A stretch of 64,000 nt of DNA from Marsupella aquatica. Its lineage: Eukaryota; Plantae; Marchantiophyta. The notes under the pieces are model-generated. The model saw nothing but the letters and a program-made list of their open reading frames with translations. It searched no databases and was not told the DNA's origin. The DNA lies in assembly GCA_973895155.1 (NCBI GenBank), contig OZ316892.1, positions 2,483,223 to 2,547,222 on the forward strand. The letters are read 5' to 3'. Numbering within the stretch: position 1 is the first letter of the stretch; every line of letters begins with the position of its first letter. Of this stretch, positions 50,615 to 62,997 are shown one piece after another. Made by a program: the position numbers and the translations under genes.

Positions 50615-51860
50615 GACTGGAGTGCTATCGAGCACTGGGGGGAGATGAGCATTGGACTATTGGAGGGATCTGGGCTATGGAGGCACTAGAGGGAGATGGG
50701 CACGTACTCGAGGGGTTTAACTATGGGAATGGTATGCTAATAATAAGAAGAAGGCACAGGATATGGGCTATGGAGGCACTAGAGGGAGATGGGCACGTAC
50801 TGGAGGGGTGTAACTATGGGAATGGTGTGCTAATAATAAGAAGAAGGCACAGGATATGGGCTAGGGAGGCACTAGAGGGAGATGCGCAAGTATTAGAGGG
50901 GTGTAACTATGGGAATGGTGTGCTATAATAAGAAGAAGGCACAGGATCTGGGCTATGGAGGCACTAGAGGGAGATTGGCACATACTCGAGGGGTGTAACT
51001 ATGGGAATGGTGTGCTAATAATAAGAAGGATATGGGCTTCTGAGGCACTAGAGGGAGATTGGCACATACTGGAGGGGTGTAATAACTGTGGGACTGGAGT
51101 GCTATAATGAGGCACACGAGATGGGTACTGGAGGGATGGAACTATGGGACTGGGCCACGTGCTAAATCTACATCAACAGTACAACCAGAACATAAACCAA
51201 TACACTATATTTTTGATTTATAAACCAAAGATTTGAACGACATGTGTCTTGGTTTATGTTCTGGTTGTATGATTGACGTAGATTTAACGCGCGGTACTGG
51301 GTTGCCAGGAATGCCATGGAGGCATTGGAGGGAGTAGTGTTATATTTACATTAAGTTAATAGGCTCTCGAGTGCTATAATGAAGCCGTGGAAGGAGATGG
51401 GCACTGGAGGGGTGAAACTATGGGACTGGACTACTGGAGTAGTGTTATATTTACATCAAGTTCATATTTATTATTTATAAATCAAGAGACTTAAATAACA
51501 TGTGTCTTGGTTTGTACGATTGACATAGATTTAATTCGCGGTGATAGAGGGAGCTGGACAATCGATGGGTACGTGGAACTATGGGACTGGAGCACTATGG
51601 AGGCAGTGGAGGGATCTAGGTACTTGAGGGGTTGAACTATGGAACCGGAGTGCCATGGAGCCGCTATGGAGCCACTGGACGGGCTTTGGCCACTCGAGGG
51701 GTGTAACTATGGGACTGGAGTGTGATAAGGAAGCACTGGAGTGCCCTGGGGACACTGGAGGGAGATGGGAGGCACTGGAGGGGTGGAACTATGGACTGGA
51801 CTGCCACTGGTATTGGACTAGAGGGCCTAGAGACTGGAGGCCTATGATTGGGTCTGAGGG
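50615..51860. repeat. 93-bp tandem array (about 5 conserved units decaying into degenerate copies)
   Basis: GGCT.(T/G)GAGGCACTAGAGGGAGAT-type units at 50673, 50766, 50859, 50951 and 51035. Degenerate AACTATGGGACTGGA units continue to ~51860. Confidence 0.95.
51155..51294. mobile_element. 140-bp hairpin element (MITE-like) inserted into the 93-bp array
   Basis: Left arm CCACGTGCTAAATCTACATCAACAGTACAACCAGAACATAAACCAATACAC versus reverse complement of right arm CCGCGCGTTAAATCTACGTCAATCATACAACCAGAACATAAACCAAGACAC. Flanks are GACTGGG and TACTGGG (possible TSD). A degenerate partial copy lies at ~51440-51542. Confidence 0.8.
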
Positions 51861-52989
51861 ATATGGGACCCGCAGGATATGGCTATGGGCTACAGGTATC
51901 TCCCTTAATTACCTATGATCAGCCAACCACAATATCCTAGTGCCGTGCATTATTTAGTCTTATTCCATGCGAAACGCAAACCTGAAATACCATTCTTTTG
52001 CTTTAGTTTTTAAGTTTAAAAATAAATTTTTCACAAGAATTGGCAACAAGATGCTTAGAAGATTCTTAAAGTGTGTCACAAACTTCTTTTGAGGTTTGAC
52101 AATCATTCTAAATTAATTGTCAGTCAGGTCCAATCTTAAAGTAAGAATGAACACGTTGTGGAAATTCTCCCTGGACATATTAATTGCATAGGCAGGGTGC
52201 ATGTCTCGGCTGTGGAAAAATGTATTGAGTTTAGTAATCTAACCAAAGTTCTTGGGCTAAATGAACTATGCTTTGGGAAGCTCTTTCACCCTCTCAGTCT
52301 GCCTTCCTCCTCCTTCTAAGTGAATCAGTTTTGGAGACTAGTTCTAGTGAAATCCAACTTCTGAGGCTCCCTTAACAAGCCCATTCATTTTGTGTTTGGT
52401 TCCTTTGTGCCAGGCAATGACCCCTCTCTTGTGGGATGGCCATGTACTTCGTCTATTTATAAACACAAATTCTGATTTACTGCTTATTGAAATAGTGAGA
52501 TTTACTACATTGTCCCTCTTGTTTGTCCAGATACATACTTTGCCATTTTCTACAGCCTAATTACTTCATTACCGTATTTTTCAACTAGACATGTTGAGTT
52601 AAATTACTGCATTACTTGAAACAATCCAATGGTCAACATCCAAACAGGTTTTACAATCAGATGGTCAACTTTTTTAATTTAAATAATTAGCTTATTGTCT
52701 TTGGAAAAACAAGGCGCAGGGCCGTCAATAGCAAGCCTTGCGGCAAAAACCACCAAAAGCACAAGAACAGACCTGAAGTGACCAGTGCCCAGGGGCCAAA
52801 ATGCCCAATGAACAGGACTAGTCATGCCAGGCAATCCAGCTTGAAGAGCCACTGCAAAGTGGCCCTCTTGAGTCTTGACTGATATCTGCTCTGCAGGTTG
52901 GTGCCCTGGGTCCCATTCCACCAGAAGTTTTGCTATTGTCTGAAGTTATGTAAAGATTGCAGCTTACTCTTCCTATCAACCCGGTCTTA

Positions 52990-53500
52990 CTCAGATTCCT
53001 GAGTCTCGGTCTAAGCTGTTTCTTGTAACTGGACAGACACAACCTATTGTGACAAGGTGAAGCCCTAGTGCAGATGGGTGCTGTTTTGACCAATCCTTGG
53101 ACGCTTAAATCCGTCCCTCTTGTTGTTGGGTCTTTTGACCTTCCACATTATTAGTGTTCCAAGCAAGAGGGTTCCCAATAGTCTAATGGGTTTGAGAACC
53201 ACTTGGAGTTGATTAATCGCATTCCTGATCTGTTTCGCCCTTCTTTGCCAAGTGACACATTTCCAGCATAGCTTGAGGTGTGTTTCTGTTTGGCACAAGA
53301 GAACACCTTCTGGTACTAGTCTTCCACAAATTGGGAGCAAGTAGTAGCATTTTGCTCTTTCCAGATGCTGGAGCTGGGGCTGGAGCATAGCTCCATAATC
53401 AGGAAAACAGGATGGTTTCCCTTTAATTTGTGCATCCAAATGCTACAATAATTGCTCCATACAGGGAGTCCTGAGGTACTAGCATAGCTTCAGAGTGTTG
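52990..53500 (-). mobile_element. Possible degenerate LINE ORF2 3' remnant
   Basis: The minus ORF LQHLERAKCYY..RLVPEGVLLCQTETHL..W weakly recalls the IW.ERN...P...L end of plant LINE ORF2. Confidence 0.2.
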
Positions 53501-53968
53501 CATGAGTCTTTGAATCTCACTGCATCCAGAGGCAACTTTGTGTTACTTTGGTTAACCCGGCCACTGCTTTACAGGTGGTGGGAAATCAAAGGTGGCAATG
53601 TAAAATAGTCACAAAGTATGAATCCAACATAAAAGAGTGACGATGTAATAAATCTCAGTATTGAAGTAAGTCATTCAAAACAATGGTAAACTTGGGATAC
53701 AGTGATTATCTCGGGGATTATCTAACAAATTGCGCGCCAAAGGACCAAATGCGCCAAACCGGGGATACTTTCCCAAAGGGAGGAGACCCACAAAAGAGGG
53801 AAAAAGGTCAAGGAAGGCATAGGAGCCAAAAGGCCCAAGAGTTCCCAACTTGGTGTAAGGTTGTGGTATCTCTTGTTGAATAAGGCTCTTTGAGACCATT
53901 TTCCTCCAGATCAGATAATGGAAAGGGTTTTTCCTGATAAAAATTTAGAAGGAAAGAATTGCCTCACT

Positions 53969-54264
53969 AGGGTCTTCATCAATGAAATTCAATGAAAACA
54001 CTGCTCAAGGAAGACCAAAAAAAAAGTTGCATTCCTTGTAAAACTTTCCCCTCTTTTGGTGCTCGGAGTGAGGGTCTTCATCAATGAATGAAAACACTGC
54101 TCAAGGAAGACCCCAAAAAAAGGTTGCATTCCTTGTGACAGTGTCCCCCCTCTTTTGGTGCTCGGCCGGAGTAAGGGTCTTCATCAATGAATGAAAACAC
54201 TGCTCAAGGAAGACCAAAAACAAAGTTGCATTCCTTGTGACAGTGTCCCCTCTTTTGGTGCTCG
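53969..54264. repeat. ~102-bp tandem array x3
   Basis: AGGGTCTTCATCAATGAA at 53969, 54071 and 54174. Confidence 0.95.
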
Positions 54265-56479
54265 CTTTCTTCCTTTTGGATCATTTCGTGTGCCTCTAAA
54301 TTTGCATTTTTGGGTGAACAAATTTGCCTTCCAATCTAAACAGATGAAAGGAGTTCCAAAACTTTTCTACTTGATAGACATTGGAACGTGCAAAGATAAA
54401 TTATCCAAAAAGAAACTTTCACCAAAATTTATAAATCAGGAGAAAACAAAGTACAATAAAGCAAGAGCTCATGGTCCACATCCAATGTCCTAACTAAATA
54501 AGCAAGTGGGATAAGAATGTACTCTAGGGGGGCTAGCATCCACTCTGAGGGATCGATGATAAATTGCTTGAGCTTGGGCATGCCATAGAGCCACTGAAAA
54601 GAGCTGACAAAGTGGTCAAGATGGATAGTGGGGATCCGGAGGGACCCATCCTTCAGTGAATATCATGAGCAGCTTGTCGAAAAGCCCATCCACAAGGTGT
54701 AAAGCCCAAAGAATAGGCACTCAAATACAACAATTATTTGAAGACTTGTAGTTGTACAGTATATTCCTTTGTACCCAATCCAACCCATTTGGATTGGCAT
54801 TCTTTTGGGGGTTCAAGGGGCAATTTACTTATGAAAAAAGTAAAACCCAATCAAACAGCCAGGGAGCAACATGTCAGACCCAAACAAGGTCAATGATAAA
54901 CAGTCACTCAAAGACATTCAATCATGGGGCAAAGGCAAAGCAACGATCTTCAATGTAAAGTAACTACAGTAAAAGTGACACACCCAAAGAAGCCCAACCA
55001 AAAAACTACCGCAAACATGAGGGCAAAAACTCAGAAAAGAAAAATAATAGAAAACAAACACAACCTGGGCAAAGAGTCTAAGGATCTGCAAGTTCTAAAA
55101 CGGAGGAAAGAAAAATAATAGAAAACTAATCCTACAAGCCCTGGATCAGAATAAAAGTAAAATGAAACCTAAGTGATGTAGTCTCTATCGTTAAGGTAGA
55201 TCAAAAGTCCACAGGGGCGTCTCAATCCTCTTTATTTTGCCTTTGGTAGTATAGGGGTTTAGGGTTTATGGCATTTTACTGGAATGCTTGTCCCCACACT
55301 CCTGAAGGTAGACCAAAACTGTTACTTTCATGACAGGTTTTTACCTGAAGGTTTGAGACTCCCCAATCCACCAAAAAGAAAACATACTCCAGACAATAAA
55401 GACCCGTCGCACCCTGCCCCTTCATAGTAATGCCATCCTTGAATGGAAGGTTCTCATAATACTACCAAGTACAATAGTAAAACTCATTCCCAAATGCACG
55501 CAAGCAATTTATTTTTGTGGTGAAATTTTACTAGATTATAACTCTCTAAAAAGTATTCATAGCTGTTGGCAAATTTACTAGATTTTCTGTACTCTAGTAG
55601 CTAGTTTCTTGACTATCCACATACCACAGTAACTAGAATCGCACCGTCATCCTTAAATCTAGGCATATCTTTTCTTAAATCTAGGAGATCGGACAAAAAT
55701 CAATCTAGAAAAATCAGGTAAGGACTATTCTTAGCATCTTTTCCTTTGCAGAACGTAACATTAAATTTTAAAAACATTAAAATTTAGACTCATGCAGACT
55801 CTTTCTCTGAATAGGGTGTCTATTTGGCCTCTCACATTAAACTGTTGGTAGTATACCATACATATTTAGCTGCATGAAGATTGTCTCCCAAAAAGGCCCG
55901 GAATCACACACTACAGTAGACCACCAAATTAGCAAATGAGACAAGAAGTTGGATTCTCTGTATAAACGGGCGCTCCCCATTATTGACAAGAAAAGGGCGA
56001 ACCTATTGTAGCGCCGTCTTGCGACCTTTAAAATGATCTTACTTTGTTATCATGCTAATTGACTACCCCAAATCGAAAGCTCATCGCGCCTACTTTTCTT
56101 CATTGTTATCTGAACGAAATGCATTCAATCATGGTGAGACGGCAAAACTTGATCCTGTATCTAAAGGTAGGGTTGAGGATACTACAAATATTTGAGAAAA
56201 TAAACAGAAAGCACAAGGTCAGGAATTAGCTTGAAGGAGGAGGCAGGGAGGAATAATTATTTCTTTTTCTTGTGATTTGACGTGATTTGCAAAGGCAGCA
56301 GTCAAGCACCAAGATTGTAGACAATCTTATGAAATGCAATCTTGAGCAATATTTGGCAGTCGATTGACATAACCACAGTTAGCAGAATAGTGTCCCAACC
56401 TTTTAGTTCTTCCATGCAGATGTGCTCTAAACATGTCCTCTCTACTCCCACAAGATGCCTTAGACCGCATGGTTTTTAA

Positions 56480-56670
56480 GTGTGAAATGTCGCCAAATTC
56501 CACTCCACTGGTCTTGGTCACTTTTGGCACAAATTAGCCAGCTTTTCTTTTGTATTTAGCCTTTGGTTTTCTTTTTGCAATTATCCTCAAATCTAGGGAT
56601 ATCTGACAGTCAGATACTAGTCTAGGAAAATTAAGTAAGGAATACTCTGACTTAATGTCTTCTCCCTCAC
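56480..56670 (-). mobile_element. Inverted copy of the dispersed repeat family (another fragment at ~55655-55750)
   Basis: The reverse complement reads GGGAGAAGAC...ATTCCTTA...GTCAGATATCCCTAGATTTGAGGAT and GCCAAAAGTGACCAA..GTGGAATTTGGC, matching 12825-12900 and 40255-40460. Confidence 0.65.
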
Positions 56671-57204
56671 ATAAGTCACATTTGCAACCTTAGCAAAAAA
56701 AGGAAGAACCTAGCTATAAATTTACCCTGGTTAGAGTGAGCCTATCGGTGCCTTGTAAACTGACTCACCATTGCCCAAAGTGGTGAGTCTCATTCGACCC
56801 AAACAATTCCTCCTCTGGTAGTGTGCCCCATCCGCTATGCACTAAAATTGGGCAATGATGGGAGCTGGGACCACTCTGCTGGTTGTGAGCACTCTGGGAG
56901 GCAGTCTTATGACAGGCAACTCCAGGTCCACATCTCCCCCCCCCCCCCCACACACAACTCTAAAGTAGGAGTGGCATGCCATGAAATAAAAGAAGGGACT
57001 AGAGACGTATTTATCAATAGCAGAAGCTGGACCGAGGGCGCCCCAACCCAAGTGAGCTGCAAAGGGGTACTCTTTAGGGCCCCAAGGGAGTTCCCATACC
57101 TGGGTCCTCATTGCTTTTCTTCCAATCCATCATATGCAAATAAGTATAGTGAAAGACTTTTAAATTTTTGTAGAATAACATTAGTGGTGTTTTAATTCTG
57201 TTTT

Positions 57205-57207
<3 letters not shown>

Positions 57208-57260
<53 letters not shown>
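57208..57260. repeat. (AT)n microsatellite
   Basis: About 26 perfect AT units. Confidence 0.98.
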
Positions 57261-57264
<4 letters not shown>

Positions 57265-57708
57265 ACAGAATTAGTTCAAGAATAATTATAAGAACCACAG
57301 AGTCTAAAAAGTTAGGGGTAACAAACTTTAAAAGAATCATGTGCAAATGTTTGAGGGTTGTTATTCCCCCAAAACTTCACGAGGGATATGGGAACCCCTA
57401 GGAGTGTGGCCCCGGGGGTATGTCCCATATCACATGCAGAGTTTTTAGGTAGTAATAAACACCCTAAAAATAGGAAAAGTAGGTTTTTAGCTGTTTGTTA
57501 ATTTATTCCTAATTTTATGGGGCATTCTATGAATATTCTCAGATTTTATATTTTGAAACTCTATAACTCTTGAAACTATTTTTCAGAAGTATTTAAAACT
57601 CCCCTAACAATCTTCGACAAAATTTAGAAAGTCTTATGGCTGCCTAATTGAATTAAAATATAAGTCTTAACTTATTCACGAGTGATGGGTCCAAACAGAA
57701 GAAGTGAG

Positions 57709-57910
57709 TGTTGAGTAAAATGACCATTACGTGCTAATAAGACAGCATGCACATAAGCTACACCAAACACACAAGTAGTCCACACAGAAGATACATGGTT
57801 CATCTCACCAGAGTCTATGTCCATGGGAGCATACAAGAGAGCTTTACTTGACTCCAAGTCCGTCAGACCATATCAAGTCTTCACAAACTAACTCTTCCTA
57901 TCTCCTAACT
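57709..57910 (-). mobile_element. Copia-like LTR remnant
   Basis: Starts TGTTGAG and contains ACACACAAG...ATGGTTCA...CTATGTCCATGGGAG, similar to plant copia LTR end motifs. Homologous to the reverse complement of 62790-62997. Confidence 0.55.
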
Positions 57911-57943
57911 GGCTCCATACCGGGCTCCGTAATTGTCTATATT

Positions 57944-58403
57944 TAATGGACAAGTAAATGAATTTTGCTGAGATGAAAATTTTTTAGTGTGATCTTTGAA
58001 GTTCAAGCTACCTAGTCACGGAGGATGAGACTTTGGAGATCTTCAACACTTAATCCTACATTTTCAAAACTCAATTTTCCCAAAGTAACTGCAATCTCCA
58101 CACTAGGGCACTTTTCTTTAGTCATAATATAAGATTCCCTAACATAATATTATTACACTTTACTTAGAATGTCTTACTTAATTGAAGAAGCTACCTAGAG
58201 ACTTTTGGTTCTGACTTTGCTCTATATGCCTAAAGAAAAGGGCAAGAGTGTAGATTACATTTTGTTTTGATTTTTGAAATATAAGCTTTAGTGGTGAAGA
58301 TTTCCAAAAAGTCCCAACTTTTGTGAGTTGGTAGCTTGATCTTCAGAGTTCACACCAAAAACATTTCAGCTCTGATCAAGAGAGTTCATTCTGTCATCCA
58401 ATA
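57944..58403. mobile_element. Foldback / Mutator-like MITE with ~190-bp diverged inverted arms
   Basis: Left GTGTGATCTTTGAAGTTCAAGCTACC..ATCTTCAACACT..TTTCAAAA..TGCAATCT..CTTTTCTTTAGTCATA pairs with right TATGCCTAAAGAAAAG..AGATTACA..TTTTGAAA..AGTGGTGAAGAT..GGTAGCTTGATCTTCAGAGTTCACAC. The spacer is ~80 bp. Confidence 0.75.
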
Positions 58404-61400
58404 AAACTTCATTTTACAGGTTTTGTGATGCATTGTGTATTGAGCCACACTTAACATTGTTGTTGTGGGTTTTCTGTAATTTAAAAATTCAAGATGGCCC
58501 AGCATCAAAATGGCCTGGTCAAGTGCTAAATCCAATCATCTTTGGTGACCATCAAGCCCGCCATCAAGTCCTGAAGATGCAGGAGGGGCCTGGTTAGGCC
58601 TTCTTTGACCAAATGGATTGACTGAGAAGCATTTTGGTTTGCCTACTTGGATATATGAACAGGCTGCAAACTCTGTGCGTCTCTTTTGTGGTTTGCTGCG
58701 TAAAGAAACTGCAACAATGCTTGACACCTTCTTCTGACCAGGTCCTCTCTCAATTATGCTCCTCTATTCTCTATTGTCTTTCCTACTAATTGTGGTTGAT
58801 TATTGAGAGGCGTGGTCATCACTACCAAACGCCGTTCCAGCTGTGTTTCCTTCATTTCACGAGGTTTTGTCTTGGGATCTTGTGTGTCTTCAGGTCGACA
58901 TTGGTGAGCATACATCACCAACGCTCACCTCTATAGTGTCCTTGCCAACTCACCAAGTTCAAAATAAACCAAGCTTGGAAATTTTTGGGAGGGCAGGGTG
59001 CACGGGGGTGGCTTCAGCCCGCCGGGCTTCAGGGCAATCCTGCCATTCCTCATTAGCGGATGTATTGAGCAAAGTTTGCAATTGCCATGCATCTCTGTAT
59101 GTGGTTACCCCACATACCCACTTCTTGTAAGCTTGCCTATTTTGTGCACTCATATGTGGGAACCCCTTTGCACCAAGACATTATGGGATAGCAGCAACAC
59201 AGACAATGACAAAAGTCAGATGGAGAATATGCCACATGTGCTTCATGTGACAGTTTCCTCTCCCTTGCCCTTGACATATTTGGGTGTTTCCATCATCATT
59301 TTGATGGGCTTTTTGATAGGCAACTTGCAGTTTGATGGACACTTGCATCCCATTGGACCCTCGCCATTGGTTTTGACCACGCACTTGTGAATAAAGTTTG
59401 ATGACATTTCAGCATGCTCAAGCAAGAGTAATTCATTGTTGATCTCTTACTGTGGGTGCTAGTGTGCCTCCGTAGAGGGTGCCCCTTTAGAGTACATCCA
59501 TGTCCCACTTGCGGATTTAGTTATGACACTGGATGTGAACCATTTGCTCTTGACAAGTTTGTTTTAGATATGGACCATAAGAATACTAGCAGAGTGGCAG
59601 CACTTTTTCCTTTTTTTCTGCTTCTCTGACTTCTTCCAGGTCTTCCTTGGTTTTTGGCCGGGGGTTTTGGAGTTGCATTGCCCCTAGAATTGGGCTCTTT
59701 TCCAGTGTTAGTATTTGTTGTCATTGGATCTCTTTTACTTTCTTTGCTCCTGTTTGTATAAATCATGGTGCTCTTTTGACTTGAAAATATTACTGAGAGT
59801 CCCACTAAATCCCCAAATGTATTTAGAGACTGTATAATTGTATATACACTTTTTATCATTGGCAAACAATGTGGGACATAAAGAGACAGAGGGAGCATTT
59901 AAGTTCATTGTTTTTCTAGAGAGAGAGAGTTTACAGAGAACCTTGTATAGTGGACATGGGTAAGTGCAATATCTGGATTAGTGCAGGCCAACCAAGTTGT
60001 TCCCTAAAATTACAGGAATTCCCTTGTAAATGCACCTAGAAATGCAGTTTGCATAAGTGCAGATAGACCCTCACTAAGCAACAACTATCCAAACTAAAAA
60101 ACAGATACATAAGTGCAATTCTGTCTATAAGTGTCAACATACATTTATCAATTAGTGCAATGCATTTTTAAGAAGCATTTATCAATGCGTGCAGAAAAGA
60201 ACTACATAAAGTAGTTTCATGCACTTATCCAGTTTGAATGTGCAGCATGATGGCTCAGGTATGAGAAGCCAGACATACGTGACCCAAAAATGGGCCCAGA
60301 AACACAATGGGTAAGTGCATAAGTGATTTCTAGGAATTAATTTATGGATAATCATGGGCAGTTTGGGTACAGTCCCTTCAGGAAGATGATTAGTAAGGGC
60401 ATCCTCTTGGGCATCCTCTTGGGCATCCTTACTGATTAAACAATTATTACTGTGCTTACCTACTGTAGTGGTCTTGGATTCCTTATACAATTAAAAGATA
60501 TGAAAGACACTAAAGTGGGTGAAAACTTCAGCTTTTTCATGTGTGAGTTTGCCCTGGTGTCACACTCTAATTAGCGAATTTGGCCCAGAGGCCTGGTGAA
60601 CCTCAAGATTCACGTTTCTCAAGAATAATTGGAAAATGATGTTGGGAATGTCTCAATCATGATTTTGCTTAGCAGATTAGTACAACCATCTTCTTAACAC
60701 ATCTATTAACCCTCTAGAGTAGTACAACCATTCTGATCACACCTAGACGTAGTAGTGTAACTTTGTTGGACCATTGTCACAACCCCCTTGGTGACAGGCA
60801 TGGTAAGGATTCTGTTGAGTCTACCGTTTTCCTACGCCAAATCACAGGTCTAGCCAGTCCCTGTCCCTCATGTATGGTTACCCTTCTGATTTCTAACAAA
60901 ACCAAAAAAAGTTGGGGGTTTCCCTTACCCAAGTGGTTCGACAATTTGCAAGACCTGCCTTCTAGGTCTTGGTCTCCCGTCCCCCCCCACACACACACAA
61001 CAACAACAAAAGGGATTCCTGTGGGGTGTTATGGACATTCAAGTGGTCCAATCATCATGATATCTCCAGGTTTGTTTATTGTTTTTCATGGATCAGCCAA
61101 TGGAATATCCTTTTCTTTAGTCATAGTGAACCGTGTAGTTAGAACATTGGGTTGGTAGAAATCAACCCAGAGAAAAAGTCCCCACCTATTTACCAACAGT
61201 CAACACCATTTATCAGCTAGGAATCTATTCACATCCACTGACACGCACGCCTCGTCCAAAAAACACCTCACTTTGGTAATTTAAATAAAATTTTACTTTC
61301 CCGTATCTTTGTCAATGTACTCTTTTGCATGGTGTAGAGTTAAACGCTTGAGTGCCTCTTGTCTTAATAAATACACAGGTTCTCTCCCCTCTAGGAACTC

Positions 61401-61447
61401 CTATCTTTTGGATATTGTCTGGATCATTTTCTTCTCTAGTTTCTGAT

Positions 61448-61730
61448 ATGTGGCAACAGATATCTTAGACGGCTCTAAAGCTACTAAGCCAAAAAAATTA
61501 AAGATGAGGCAAGCAATAGTATTGGGATGGTCCTCATGACACTGGGGTGAGGGCAAGTGGTCATGGTCTTTGCATGTGGCATCAGACGCTCACGACAGCT
61601 CTAAAGCAAACCCAAAAAACAATAAGGAAATAAAGCAAAGCTACTGGCATGGTCCTCGTGACAAAGGGGCGAGGTCAAGGGATCAGGGTCCTGCATGTGG
61701 CAGCAGACATTCAAGAAGGCTCTAAAAGCA
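61448..61730. repeat. Diverged ~125-bp tandem repeat x2.3
   Basis: ATGTGGCA.CAGA...GCTCTAAA at ~61472, 61598 and 61719. ATGGTCCTC.TGACA occurs twice. Confidence 0.8.
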
Positions 61731-62789
61731 ATTATTTGCGACTAGAAGGGGCCTTGAAAAGAATTTGGGACACAAATTTTCACTGTTCACTCAGTCCAAT
61801 GTGAGGTCCACTTCATACGCTAAAGCTAAGATGCTTGAGCCAAGACCAGTCAGCTCTGGAGAAAATAAATGCAAGATCCTAATATAGAAGGATCAAGCCA
61901 TTCTTTAGACCAGCCAAGTTTTTTGACAAAAACCATGGCCACATTAGCATAAAATGGACCCACAAAGGGCCTACTTGCATAAATAGGATTGGTAATGATT
62001 TTGTCACATCCTGCCCCCAAAGTGATGTAAAGCTAAGTTTGGCTTGTTCTCATATTTGAATGGCTCCCATCATCCCAAACACGAAAAGAAAAAGACACAG
62101 CCTCCAACTTCTTGGAAATCCCCCAAAGCCAGAGAACATGTAAAAAGAAATAAAGCAATGCTATTAGCATTGTCCTCAGAGTGTCATCCCTTGTACGGTC
62201 CGTACTGTAGGCGACTGACCAGAACCGTATTATTGTGTACATAAAGGAAAAGTACATCTGAGGTACGAATGGGCTCTATCGTAAGGTACTTGTGTACCAC
62301 ATCTTGTACAAAAAGTGACTTGGGGATATAATCTTACTTATAAAGCTATTCTAGGGCCCCACCAAAGTAATGTACATAGAACAAAAATATCAGTAGACAT
62401 GAAGAGTATATGGGTGAAGATAAATTATATATGCCATGAATATGTTTTTATCATTTTATTAATATTTAAAAAAATTATTATTACTTCTCTACTCATGTTC
62501 AAAGAAGGGGTAATCAGGGCTACTTTAACAGATAATTGACTATGACAGTATGTAGTCCACCTTGTATTATTCTTTTGATATAAATTAAAAGTTGTACTAT
62601 AGGGTAGTGTATATACTTTGTTTTCACAAAAATTAGTAAATATTTTAGGTAGTTATTCTTAGCTCTAGAGTTCTTTTGTAACTGCAGTTAGTAAAGTTAT
62701 AGTCAAGTGCTTGGTTACAATTAGATGTGCAACTCCTACTTACATTAATAGGACTTAGTTAGATGATGGAACTTAGACTCATAGTCAGT

Positions 62790-62997
62790 GGAGATAGGAA
62801 GAGTTCAGTTTGTGGGGACTTCACGAGGACTTGACATGACTGATGGGGTTAGAGTTCAATAAAGCTTTCTTGTGTGTTCCCACGATTGTCGCCTCTAGTG
62901 AGGGGAATCACATATCTCCTGTGTCAATTACTTGTGTATTTGGTAGATATTGTTTGTGTGCATGTCGTATTATGAGTAATGGTCATTTTACTCAACA
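62790..62997 (+). mobile_element. Copia-like LTR remnant, inverted relative to the 57709 copy
   Basis: Ends GTAATGGTCATTTTACTCAACA, the exact reverse complement of TGTTGAGTAAAATGACCATTAC at 57709. GGAGATAGGAAGAGTT matches AACTCTTCCTATCTCC. Confidence 0.55.
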
